A program made the translations under genes and the position numbers. From the NCBI GenBank assembly GCA_013343275.1, contig CP046106.1, positions 416,001 through 480,000 of the forward strand: a stretch of DNA of 64,000 nucleotides, given 5' to 3'. Within the stretch, counting starts at the first letter, position 1. Every line of letters begins with the position of its first letter. This DNA is from Candidatus Nanohaloarchaea archaeon. GTDB lineage: Archaea > Nanohalarchaeota > Nanosalinia > Nanosalinales > Nanosalinaceae. Below the pieces are notes generated by a model, which was not told the DNA's origin, ran no database searches, and saw only the letters and a program-made list of their open reading frames with translations. Shown here piece after piece: positions 26,354 through 35,756 of the stretch.

Positions 26354-28695
26354 AGGCCTCTGAAGAATACTGCAGCTGACGAAGCCAGTAAAGCTACCAG
26401 CTGGAGAACGCCAAGGCCTGGCACATCGAAACTCCTCTTCGCATCCTTTCTAACGTACACAGGTATCTTATCCGTATTATTTATACCAAGATTATGGTTA
26501 ATTGTAGTTATAGTCAGGTACTGCTGGCCTGTCGTGGATTCATCAGGAGAAACTATTATGTTAAACGTCTTGGAGCTATCGCTCGGCAGAGAGTAGCTTT
26601 TGGAGGCAGACCCATCAGGGAAGTGAGCATTCACACCTGAAAGCTTCGTCTCCATCCCGGTCTTGTCAAAGTCCAGAGGATTTCTCACAGTGTACCTGAA
26701 GTTTCCAGGACTTCCCGAAGAGGTAATAACTCCCGAATAACTGTACTCGCTCTGTGTCTGAGTCCTGTAACTGTTACGGGTAGCTCTCCTGAACCGGAAA
26801 ACCTCCGAAATAGTATGCCATCTATCCGAAACCGTAACATTCCACCTGTATATTTTACCTGCCTTATCAGCATTAGCCCAGTCATAGGTAACACTTGTCC
26901 TAGGAGAGACACCAGTTTCCTCCTTCAGCAACTGGCCTGTATCCTGATTATAGATTTTGACAGTCAGATCATTCAAGTTCTCGACATTGTTCTCGTCATC
27001 CACGTAAGCCCTCAACTGCACAGGATCACCGTACGCAGGGTTCAAGTTCTTCGGCTCAGAAGCATAAATCTCAGGCCTCGGATTCCTAACATAGTAGCTA
27101 TGCCGGTAGACAGAGTGTGCTCCGTAAGGCCCAACTATCTCGCTGGTAATATTGTACCATATCCGAGAATCATTGTTATCTATCCAATTAGTTCTCAAAA
27201 CGCCCTCAGAAGGCTTATTGTAGGAAACATCATCTCTGATCAACGTTCCATTTTTGTATAGATCATAGGTTCCCTGAACAGTATCAGGGTAGTAATGTGA
27301 GAAATCCAGCGTGAACCTAAAAGTGTCATTCCACTCCACCTTATCCGGCGAGGTAGATTCCAAGGCCACAGGATAACCTAGGGACTTCTTATTGTTCTGT
27401 TCATCAGGCTCCAGTATCTGACCCTCTCCTACAGGCAAGCTGTCAAATACTCCCCGGAAATCGAAGTGAGCCGATATCCTGTCAGCATCCTGAAAGACAT
27501 TGTGATTCGCCCCAACGCTAAAATTCTCTAAGTAACTTCCACCAGCAGAGATTGGAGGAATAGTACGGTTAATCAAATATCCATCTTCATCGTATATCTT
27601 CAGGTAACGTTCTTTCGATACAATATTGCCTTTGTTTCTCAGAGTTACATTGATATAGACCGTATCCTCAACTCTACTGACATTCGTCTCCGAGACATTG
27701 AGATCTACATACTTGACATCCTCAGTCCTCTTATCATCAAAATAATACGTTTTAGTTGATCCCTCTACATCCAGTGTTAGGTAGGACTCACCTGTTTTAA
27801 CGTCTGTAGAACCTTCCTCCCCAGGATACCATCTAAAGATCTCCGAGTGATATCCAGCAGAGGAATTAACGTTGTTCCTAGTATATCTAGTATAAGGCCC
27901 GCTGAGATCGGTAGAGGAATCATAGCTGCTTATAGGGATTGCATGGTCAGGTAGGACCATATGTAGATCTGCACTGGTTTCAGCCGTCACCTCTTCCTGA
28001 ATAGCACTGTAAACCTGATTCACAGTATCATCGGAAGCAGCATACCAGCACTTGTCACCATCATCATTCTCGGAAGTATCCATTTTACATTGAGACGCTT
28101 CGGTCATAGACTCGAAGAAAGAAGTTTTTGCTCCCGGATACATAATCCCGTGAACTTCAATACCTGCAGCTCTTGCCGCGTCAGCTTCATCCCCTGGGTC
28201 ATCGCTGCTCTGAGCATCTGCCAATACAACCATCACCTGGATAGGGTTACTACCGCTATCCAGGAGCTCCTTTGCTCTAGTTACACCACATGCAATACAA
28301 GAACTCTGACTATTCTCCCAGTAGTAATCAGCAGCATTTTTGGCGGCAGACTTATCACTAGTTAATGTCTGCAACTTATCTCCCAACTCTGCCACCGCAA
28401 TCTTATCCCCCTTATCAGTATTTGCATTATCAATATAGTTCTTAGTAGCTGAGGCTACATCATTTCGATTACTGCCCATACTGCCCGAACCATCCAGAGC
28501 AAACGCCGTATCGATAGGCTGATAGGGATTATTTATCTTATACGTAAAGTTGCTCTTTATCTCTCTACCCATTACGAACTCCCCATCACCATCAACATCA
28601 TCTACATCCTCACTTAGATCGCTGGCCGAGGCTGTCTGGCCTGAAGCAGCGCCTAGAAGAAGGAGTAAGAGCAGAGCTACGACAGATTTTTGCAT
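26350..28695 (-). CDS. Secreted/cell-surface vWA-domain protein with CARDB/Ig-like modules and PGF-CTERM-like anchor
   Basis: Signal peptide; MIDAS DGSGS; VTLRNKG...EPDEQNN; C-term VPGLG plus TM. Confidence 0.8.
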   Translation of the reverse strand: MQKSVVALLLLLLLGAASGQTASASDLSEDVDDVDGDGEFVMGREIKSNFTYKINNPYQPIDTAFALDGSGSMGSNRNDVASATKNYIDNANTDKGDKIAVAELGDKLQTLTSDKSAAKNAADYYWENSQSSCIACGVTRAKELLDSGSNPIQVMVVLADAQSSDDPGDEADAARAAGIEVHGIMYPGAKTSFFESMTEASQCKMDTSENDDGDKCWYAASDDTVNQVYSAIQEEVTAETSADLHMVLPDHAIPISSYDSSTDLSGPYTRYTRNNVNSSAGYHSEIFRWYPGEEGSTDVKTGESYLTLDVEGSTKTYYFDDKRTEDVKYVDLNVSETNVSRVEDTVYINVTLRNKGNIVSKERYLKIYDEDGYLINRTIPPISAGGSYLENFSVGANHNVFQDADRISAHFDFRGVFDSLPVGEGQILEPDEQNNKKSLGYPVALESTSPDKVEWNDTFRFTLDFSHYYPDTVQGTYDLYKNGTLIRDDVSYNKPSEGVLRTNWIDNNDSRIWYNITSEIVGPYGAHSVYRHSYYVRNPRPEIYASEPKNLNPAYGDPVQLRAYVDDENNVENLNDLTVKIYNQDTGQLLKEETGVSPRTSVTYDWANADKAGKIYRWNVTVSDRWHTISEVFRFRRATRNSYRTQTQSEYSYSGVITSSGSPGNFRYTVRNPLDFDKTGMETKLSGVNAHFPDGSASKSYSLPSDSSKTFNIIVSPDESTTGQQYLTITTINHNLGINNTDKIPVYVRKDAKRSFDVPGLGVLQLVALLASSAAVFFRGL

Positions 28696-28791
28696 CTCAT
28701 ATAGTTATGGGCTAGGCTAGAATTAAAGATTGTTGGAGCAGTTAAACACCAAAAACTCAGAATTATCAATCTTTACCTACGAAAGTGGCCT

Positions 28792-29562
28792 ATGGAAGAG
28801 ATAACTGAGAAAAATACCTTTTTCTTTGATATTGAGAGAACATTGCTGAGATGGGATGAGACTCTTATCGGGGCCGAAGAACTGGTTTCCAGGCTGAGAG
28901 ATGCTGGCAAAAGAGTAAGATTTCACACGGATAATTCCTTGATTTCAAGGAAGGCCTATGCCCGCAGACTTACCGATAATGGAATCTCTGCCGAGGAAAG
29001 CGATATTCTCAGCTCCACATATGTTGCCACAGAACATCTCTACAAAAACGATGTTAGCTCCGTTTATACTGTTGGAGAGTCGGGCCTTATAGAGGAGCTG
29101 GAGAGGAGAGACATCAAGGTTTCCAGAGATGCCGAGAATACTGTTGTAGGCCTGGATAGGAAGCTTACCTACGATAAAATTTCGGAAATCATGGATAGAA
29201 GCAGTAAAGGCCGGATTTTTACGTTGAGCAATCAGAGATTTTTCGAGAAGAGTTCAGGCATGCAACCTAACCAGGGTGTGATTAATGCTGCGATCAGAGA
29301 GTTTTCAGAAACCAAGAACCTTGGTAAGCCATCTGAGGAGTTTCAAGATATTTTCCGCAACTACTTCTCCTATTACCCGGGTAACTCTGTGATGATTGGC
29401 GACAGGAAAGAGGATATTATCCTTGGGAACGAGCTAGGGATGACGACTGTAGCAGTTATGTCGGGAGAACTCGATGAAGAACAGCTACGTAAAGCAGAAG
29501 GCCTTGAGGAGCCAGACTTTGGTCTTTCAAGCCTTCACCGTTTGAGCAAGAAGATTATTTAG
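28792..29562 (+). CDS. HAD-superfamily IIA (NagD-like) hydrolase, atypical motif I
   Basis: FFFDIERTL, TDNS, GKPS, MIGDR..DI. Confidence 0.8.
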   Translation: MEEITEKNTFFFDIERTLLRWDETLIGAEELVSRLRDAGKRVRFHTDNSLISRKAYARRLTDNGISAEESDILSSTYVATEHLYKNDVSSVYTVGESGLIEELERRDIKVSRDAENTVVGLDRKLTYDKISEIMDRSSKGRIFTLSNQRFFEKSSGMQPNQGVINAAIREFSETKNLGKPSEEFQDIFRNYFSYYPGNSVMIGDRKEDIILGNELGMTTVAVMSGELDEEQLRKAEGLEEPDFGLSSLHRLSKKII

Positions 29563-29604
29563 AACTGGGAAGAAAGCAGTTTAAAGAATTGCACTGAAAT
29601 AACT

Positions 29605-31704
29605 GTGTTAGGTGAACCAGCTATCGCAGACGAAGACAGAGTTACGATCACATCCGCACTACCGTACATTCACGGAGTACCACATCTTGGAAACATGGCA
29701 GGAAGCGTATTGCCAGCGGAACTGATGCATAGATACTATGATGTAATAGGAAAGGAGAATATCTTCATCTGCGGCGGCGACGTACACGGAACACCGCTCG
29801 AACTCGAGGCTCTGGAACGCGGAGAAGACCCACGAGATATCAAAGACAAGCAGAACAGGAAAGTTAAAGAGGCCTACGATAGCCTGAACGTAGACTTCAC
29901 TATATTCAGCGATACTCACAGCGAATACAACAGGAAACAGACGCACGACATGTTCGAGGAGCTTTACTGCAGCGGCCTGATCAACGAGAAGACTCAGAAC
30001 ATGGCCTACTGCCAGGACGACGAAAGATTCCTTCCTGACAGATACATTGAAGGAGAATGTCCTCACTGTGGAGGCCTTGCACGTGGAGATCAGTGCGATG
30101 ACTGCGGAAAACTGGTTGAGCCAACCGAGATAGAGAATCCGGAGTGCCAGATCTGTGGAGGCCACAACATAGAGTTCAGAGATACCGATCACCTTTTCCT
30201 CGATCTTACAGAGTACAAGGACCGGATCAGAGAATGGATCAAAGAGGAAAATCCTGTACCTGAGAACATGGAGAAGCAGATCCTGCACGACCTGGAAGAG
30301 GCCGAGGACCGATCGATCACGCGTGACCAGGACTGGGGATTCGAGATTCCTGTAGAAAGAGTAAATGAAAGAATTGAGGACCAAGGCTTTGACGTGGAAA
30401 AGCTTGATCCCGAGGTTTACGATGATAAGGTCCTGTATGTATGGTTTGACGCACCGATTGGCTATATCGGGTTTACCAGAGAGCTCTTCAACGATTCAGA
30501 GGAATGGAAGAAACACTGGAATCAGGATGCAGACATATACTATTCTATCGGGAAGGATAACGCTATTTTCCATACCGTAATATGGCCTACAATGCTACTT
30601 GGTGCCTCCAGCGAGGATATAGAGTATGGATTGCCGAAGTATGAGTTTATCCAGCAGTACCTAATGTGGGAGGATGGCGCCTTCTCCAAGTCCCGTGACA
30701 GAGGAATCTTCATCGATGAGGCCGTAGAGTACTATCCTGCGGATTACTGGCGGTTCTACCTTGCGAAAATGCTTCCGACAGACCACGACACCAACTTCTC
30801 GTGGGACGACTTCGAGGCAGAGATCAACAACGTCTTGAACGATACAGTCGGGAACTTCGTCAACAGAACCCTCAGCCTCGCCGAGCAATGGTTCGACAAC
30901 GAAGTACCGGAAGCAGATCTAACGGCGAAGGACGAGGAAATACTAGAGGAAGCCGAAGAACTAGTCGAGGAGTACAGAAACGAGTTTGAGAGCCATGAAC
31001 CTAAAGAGGCTCTTGACTCATCTCTGGATCTGGCAAGACTGGGAGACCGGTATCTCTCAGAGGAAGAGCCATGGAACAATGAAGGCCGTAGAGAAGAAAC
31101 AATCTATGTAGCCATCCAGATTATCCACAAGTTAGCCTCGACACTCTACCCATTCATTCCGGAAAGTAGTGAAAAAATGATGGAGATGCTTGGAGAGGAT
31201 ACGGAGATTGACAGCGAGGAAGACTTGCTATCAGAAGGCTCTATCGAAACCGTGGGAAGTGGCAGAGAGCTTGGAGATAGAGAGATTCTCTTCGAGAAGA
31301 TCGATGTCTCAGAGTACAAGGAGGAAGATACTATGGATGAAGAATCAGAAGGTACAGAAGATCACGTCTTGAATGTCGAAACCGTTAGCTTCGATGAGTT
31401 CAGAGAGATGGATCTACGTATAGGTCGGATCGAAACTGTTGAAGAGCATCAGAATGCCGACAAGCTGTACAAGGTAAAAGTGAATGTGGGCGATACAGCA
31501 CTTCAGACCTGTGCAGGCCTCAGAAACCATTACGCAAAAGAAGAGCTCGAAGGCCGTAAAGTAGTAGTTTTAGCGAACCTTGAGCCAGCAGAGCTGAGAG
31601 GCGAGAAGAGTGAATGCATGATGCTCGCTGCCGAAGATGATTCTGGTAACGTTTCATTGTTGACCGCCGATCAGGAAATGAAAGTAGGGAGTGAAGTAAA
31701 GTAG
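29605..31704 (+). CDS. metG: Methionine--tRNA ligase with C-terminal tRNA-binding domain
   Basis: ITSALPY, HLGN, Zn knuckles, YVWFDA, FSKS, C-terminal OB fold. Confidence 0.97.
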   Translation: MLGEPAIADEDRVTITSALPYIHGVPHLGNMAGSVLPAELMHRYYDVIGKENIFICGGDVHGTPLELEALERGEDPRDIKDKQNRKVKEAYDSLNVDFTIFSDTHSEYNRKQTHDMFEELYCSGLINEKTQNMAYCQDDERFLPDRYIEGECPHCGGLARGDQCDDCGKLVEPTEIENPECQICGGHNIEFRDTDHLFLDLTEYKDRIREWIKEENPVPENMEKQILHDLEEAEDRSITRDQDWGFEIPVERVNERIEDQGFDVEKLDPEVYDDKVLYVWFDAPIGYIGFTRELFNDSEEWKKHWNQDADIYYSIGKDNAIFHTVIWPTMLLGASSEDIEYGLPKYEFIQQYLMWEDGAFSKSRDRGIFIDEAVEYYPADYWRFYLAKMLPTDHDTNFSWDDFEAEINNVLNDTVGNFVNRTLSLAEQWFDNEVPEADLTAKDEEILEEAEELVEEYRNEFESHEPKEALDSSLDLARLGDRYLSEEEPWNNEGRREETIYVAIQIIHKLASTLYPFIPESSEKMMEMLGEDTEIDSEEDLLSEGSIETVGSGRELGDREILFEKIDVSEYKEEDTMDEESEGTEDHVLNVETVSFDEFREMDLRIGRIETVEEHQNADKLYKVKVNVGDTALQTCAGLRNHYAKEELEGRKVVVLANLEPAELRGEKSECMMLAAEDDSGNVSLLTADQEMKVGSEVK

Positions 31705-31723
31705 AAATAAAGAGAAGGAGAGT

Positions 31724-32137
31724 TTACTCAGCCTGAACTTTGCTGAGGCCGTAACGCAGGTTTGTGGAGCCTGTACCTGCTTCTGGCTCTTCGCCAGGAG
31801 TTCTTTCTTCTTCAGGTTCTAGGCCAGCATTAACTGCTTCTTCTACAGTCATTCCTCTCGACATGTCTTCCGCGAGGATATTTCCGCTTTCGGAGCCTCT
31901 TTCTTCTCTACCACCATAGACTTCTGCTCCAGCTTCCCGTAGCTGGGCCTCTGCTTTGGCCTGTTCTTTTTCAAATACTGCTCCGTATCTATCGCCGTCG
32001 ATCTCTACAATTGCATCGTAGTCGGAGACGTTATTATCTGCAGGGCCTTCCTCCACAGTATCAGCTTTATCTCTTAGGGTTCTATATGCTTCTCTGTTGT
32101 CCTCGAAAGTATGTAGATCATCCATTGAGTTGTTCAC
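31724..32137 (-). CDS. Hypothetical acidic protein
   Basis: ORF with own promoter-like region; acidic composition. Confidence 0.65.
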   Translation of the reverse strand: MNNSMDDLHTFEDNREAYRTLRDKADTVEEGPADNNVSDYDAIVEIDGDRYGAVFEKEQAKAEAQLREAGAEVYGGREERGSESGNILAEDMSRGMTVEEAVNAGLEPEEERTPGEEPEAGTGSTNLRYGLSKVQAE

Positions 32138-32146
32138 CTTATAGTT

Positions 32147-32165
32147 GTTACTTACTCATAGTAAC
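32147..32165. promoter_or_regulatory. Inverted-repeat operator GTTACT-N7-AGTAAC
   Basis: Perfect 6-bp arms between TATA-like box and start of 31724-32137; second copy at 33440. Confidence 0.55.
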
Positions 32166-32194
32166 TATATAAACCTTTTGATTTTTGCAGAAAT

Positions 32195-32920
32195 CTACAG
32201 CAGTTCTACTCCCTCATCGTCTTCAGAGGATTGCGGTTCAAAAACCGGGCCTCCAGCAGTTTCATCTAGGCTTCGGGCAGTTTCAATATTGCTCTCTATA
32301 TCGTTGTAGACATCCCAAGATACTCCTCTACTGCGGGCAGATTCAGCAAGCGATTCAAGGTCTAAGTTTTCTGCCATCTCAACTGCTCTCTCCCCTACAG
32401 CATCAAAATCACCAATATACTGGACGAGATCGTGTTCCTCTGCAGCACTCTCGGCCTCGCTCTTCACAGCTGAGTAGACTCCATTGATACTGCCTCCAGC
32501 GTTCTCGAAGTCGAAGGCATAGAATCCTTCGGAGTCAGTAGAAGTATTATCAAGAATATCGCCCTGCCCCATCAAGGCCTCGAAGGCATAGGTATCTACC
32601 AGTGATTCTGCAGCGTGCTCAGAGGCCTCTAGTTCTCCCTCACCTCCAAGTTCCGAGGTGATTAAAACACCTTCTTCAGAGTCGAAAGATGCGTCTGGAA
32701 CCCTGATATCGTAGTCTAGCTCATCTGCCAGAACCTCTGCCATTAAATCATAAGAGGCAGATTCTTCATCCTGAGGCCTGACAAAAACATTACTGCCATT
32801 GTATTCGGCGACCTCCATCTCTTCCGCGTTTTCTCCCGGAGAGTAGCCTCTCTCATCAGCAACCTCCATGAAAGGCCTTACATCCTCAAGATCTTGGTAA
32901 GTAGGGCTCCAGTTATCCAT
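32195..32920 (-). CDS. Hypothetical highly acidic protein, HipA/PI3K-like kinase fold candidate
   Basis: LADELDYDIRVP...FEALMGQGDILDN...YAFDFENA. Confidence 0.55.
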   Translation of the reverse strand: MDNWSPTYQDLEDVRPFMEVADERGYSPGENAEEMEVAEYNGSNVFVRPQDEESASYDLMAEVLADELDYDIRVPDASFDSEEGVLITSELGGEGELEASEHAAESLVDTYAFEALMGQGDILDNTSTDSEGFYAFDFENAGGSINGVYSAVKSEAESAAEEHDLVQYIGDFDAVGERAVEMAENLDLESLAESARSRGVSWDVYNDIESNIETARSLDETAGGPVFEPQSSEDDEGVELL

Positions 32921-32956
32921 GTTTTTATCAACTCCATTTTGCTACGATCAGCATTC

Positions 32957-33313
32957 CTATCTTTGGTAGGTCTCGGCAGTTTCAGAACCTTCCAGCTCAA
33001 GACCTAGATCCATCTCCGTTCCATCGCTGTTCAGGTGGTTGTACATCTCACGGAACTCTTCGAGCTCCATTTCTTCACCAGATCCTCTCTCGTAGATCTC
33101 TACCTCAGAGTCGTCTCTCTGAGAGAGCATCTGGAAATCCTCATCGAAGTTATCTGCAATATACTCTAGTCCTGCTACTAGGCCCTCTTCATCGAATATA
33201 CTGATCTTCTCATAGGCCTCGTCTCCAGTGTCAATTCTTTCTCTGGATACCCTGTACTCCTTGCCGGAGAAAGTTCTATCCATATCCTGTCTTCCCTCTC
33301 CAAATCCGTTCAT
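32957..33313 (-). CDS. Hypothetical acidic protein
   Basis: ORF preceded by SD-like GGGTGA. Confidence 0.65.
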   Translation of the reverse strand: MNGFGEGRQDMDRTFSGKEYRVSRERIDTGDEAYEKISIFDEEGLVAGLEYIADNFDEDFQMLSQRDDSEVEIYERGSGEEMELEEFREMYNHLNSDGTEMDLGLELEGSETAETYQR

Positions 33314-33317
33314 GGTA

Positions 33318-33437
33318 TCACCCAGTCTGTACTGTGATCTTTTTATGTTCGATTTTGGAGCCGCCTATCTCAGCCCTCAACTCATCAAGGGTCTCATTTG
33401 CAATAGTTTCGTATTCAGTTTCAGTCATAGCAATCAT
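33318..33437 (-). CDS. 39-aa small protein (not in ORF track)
   Basis: Hand translation MIAMTETEYETIANETLDELRAEIGGSKIEHKKITVQTG; its stop lies in the SD of the next gene. Confidence 0.55.
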   Translation of the reverse strand: MIAMTETEYETIANETLDELRAEIGGSKIEHKKITVQTG

Positions 33438-33439
33438 AT

Positions 33440-33458
33440 GTTACTATTTAGTAGTCAC
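33440..33458. promoter_or_regulatory. Inverted-repeat operator GTTACT-N7-AGTCAC
   Basis: Matches 32147-32165; both followed by AAACCTTTTG. Confidence 0.5.
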
Positions 33459-33533
33459 AAAATAAAAACCTTTTGGTCGGAGGTCTAGTATCCTGGAAAA
33501 GTATTTGAAGCTGAGGCCATCTTCACCAGATAG

Positions 33534-34667
33534 ATGGCAAAGCCTGCTGGAAAAGAAAAACAGCTCCCGAGAAACATAAACTCTGCCGACTCAGTCCCTG
33601 TCGACGATATAGATTTCAGATCAGGTGAAAAAGATAAATCAGTTGAAGAGCTTCTGGACGAACACAAAAGACTGGGAGTCAGGCCTTTTACCGCAGAAGT
33701 ACAGGAATTTGAAAGATTGGATGAGGGTCGACGCTCCGATATCCTCAACAGTATAGACCAGTCCGTAGATCTGGAGACAGATGAATGGATGGAACCAGAC
33801 TATGAAAACGCAGATATTGAAGTAGACTGGGAGAAACTGAAAGAAGCCTCCGATGAGGAGAGAAGGTTTGAGAAACTTGAGGAAAAATACACTGGGCCTG
33901 CAGGCCTTTTCCAGTTGTCTGTACAGCCGGATGATGATATAGAGTGGCAGCCAGGCGATTTCTTCTCCATAAAACTTCCCGAAACACCAGGCCTTGATCT
34001 TCAAGGCCATCAGGTACCCGAAGTTCGCAGGGAAACAGCAGAGGACGAGACTGTTTTCCGGGCCTATTCTATCGGTTCCTCACCGAACGATGATGCCATT
34101 GATTTCTACATCAAAAGGATTCCGGATGAAGCAGTTACAGAACAGTCTCTAACCCCTGTACTGGATGCGAAGATGAAGGAGGCCGATGAGATAACCTTGA
34201 GAGGGCCTTACAGCGATGAGCTTTCGATAAAGGAAACTTCCGAGAAGGACATGGTTTATGTCTCGACCGGTACCGGCATGGCCCCACTGAAAAGCATGAT
34301 AGATTTCAGCCTGGAGGAAGGCCTTGACAGCTTTGAAGGAGAGGAAAGGGATATGTATATCTTGCTCGGCGCATCCTATGAGGATGAATTACCGGCCCAC
34401 CAGCATTTCCAGGAACTGGATGAGGAAAACGAAAACATACATTATATCCCTACAGTCAGTAGAGAGAGTCTTGTCTCGGACTGGGATGGTGAAACCGATT
34501 ACGTACAGAACGTGCTCTCAGACTATGCCGGAGACGAGATCGATATGGAAAATGCCGAAGTATACGTCTGCGGAATGAGCACGATGGCACAAGGAGTCAG
34601 ACAGACAGTAGAAGAACTAGGCCTGGACACCGAAAACGGGAGCTACCACGAAGAAGTATTCGACTAG
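33534..34667 (+). CDS. Ferredoxin--NADP reductase-like FAD/NAD(P) oxidoreductase with acidic N-terminal extension
   Basis: WQPGDF, RAYSIGS, GPY, TGTGMAP, YVCG, terminal EVFD. Confidence 0.85.
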   Translation: MAKPAGKEKQLPRNINSADSVPVDDIDFRSGEKDKSVEELLDEHKRLGVRPFTAEVQEFERLDEGRRSDILNSIDQSVDLETDEWMEPDYENADIEVDWEKLKEASDEERRFEKLEEKYTGPAGLFQLSVQPDDDIEWQPGDFFSIKLPETPGLDLQGHQVPEVRRETAEDETVFRAYSIGSSPNDDAIDFYIKRIPDEAVTEQSLTPVLDAKMKEADEITLRGPYSDELSIKETSEKDMVYVSTGTGMAPLKSMIDFSLEEGLDSFEGEERDMYILLGASYEDELPAHQHFQELDEENENIHYIPTVSRESLVSDWDGETDYVQNVLSDYAGDEIDMENAEVYVCGMSTMAQGVRQTVEELGLDTENGSYHEEVFD

Positions 34668-34721
34668 AAAAACTGCGTTAGAAGTCTAGTTTATTTGAAA
34701 TTTCAGGCCTCACACTTCTTT

Positions 34722-35501
34722 ATGAAACTCAAATTCCTTGGAACAGGTGGAGGCCGTTACGTCACCGGTGAGCAAAAAAGGAGAACTGCAGGAATAATAG
34801 TTGAGACAGAGGAGACAAAGTTACATGTTGATCCTGGGCCGGGTGCACTGGTGTACGCCAACAAGGAACTTGAGAACCCGGAAGAAGTTGAAGGCCTGAT
34901 AGTTTCACACGCGCACCTCGACCACGCCAGCGATGCAGAACCAATCATTGAAATGATTACCGAGGCCTACAGCAACCAGGCCGCGCTTTTCGCCAATGAA
35001 ACCGCTCTCAACGGCTACGGCGACATCGAGAAATCAGTCTCGAACTACCATGAAGGTCTCTGCTCCAGAGTTGAGAAACTGGAAGAAGGATCGGAATACG
35101 AGTACAAGGACGTAAAGATAGCGTCTCAGGAGATGTTCCACGGCGATCCAAGGACACAGGGCTTCACCTTGGAGACCGAGGAAAAGAAGATCGGTTTCTG
35201 GACCGACACACAGTACTCGGAAGAACTTCTAGGCCTCTACAAAGACTGTGACGTAATAGTTATCTACTGCACTCGGCCTGAAGGAAACTCTGTGAAGAGT
35301 CATACCGCGATCGGTGAAGTACCGGAAATAATGGAGAGTACTGAGGCCTCGACATGCATCATCACACATTTCGGCTACTCTCTTTTGGACTCTGATCTCG
35401 ACGAACAGAAAGAATACATAGAAGAGAGAATAGATGGAAAAGTTATCTTTGCCGATGACGGCATGGAGTTCCCGGGAAACAAGAACCTGGCCAGCTTCTA
35501 G
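34722..35501 (+). CDS. Metallo-beta-lactamase-fold hydrolase
   Basis: FLGTGG, DPGPG, SHAHLDH, DT, THF. Confidence 0.9.
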   Translation: MKLKFLGTGGGRYVTGEQKRRTAGIIVETEETKLHVDPGPGALVYANKELENPEEVEGLIVSHAHLDHASDAEPIIEMITEAYSNQAALFANETALNGYGDIEKSVSNYHEGLCSRVEKLEEGSEYEYKDVKIASQEMFHGDPRTQGFTLETEEKKIGFWTDTQYSEELLGLYKDCDVIVIYCTRPEGNSVKSHTAIGEVPEIMESTEASTCIITHFGYSLLDSDLDEQKEYIEERIDGKVIFADDGMEFPGNKNLASF

Positions 35502-35756
35502 AAAAATTTTAAAACATTTCAAGGCCCTTTCTTCTGTATGAGAGCTGCTGGCTTACTGCGGAAAGGTGGATGCTTTGTACCTCCAGCAGCTGCTATCGAA
35601 TAATCTGAACTCTTTAACTAATGAATTAACCGATTTCTACAGATTTTTGTCTAAAATTTATGCTATGAGTTTCTACCTGAATTCAACGGTTTCACGCTTT
35701 GAAAGTTTAAAATCATTTAAGAATCATTTCAGCTTATCTAACCGAGGCCTCTAAAA

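Noticed and set aside
23722-33313. Provirus or defence island formed by the orphan genes
   Set aside because: Orphans are interspersed with core genes; no integrase, capsid, terminase or flanking att pair seen
35600-35745. AT-rich stretch as origin DUE, or T-box riboswitch before valS
   Set aside because: No convincing ORB repeats; GGTGGA lacks the T-box antiterminator context and T-boxes are bacterial
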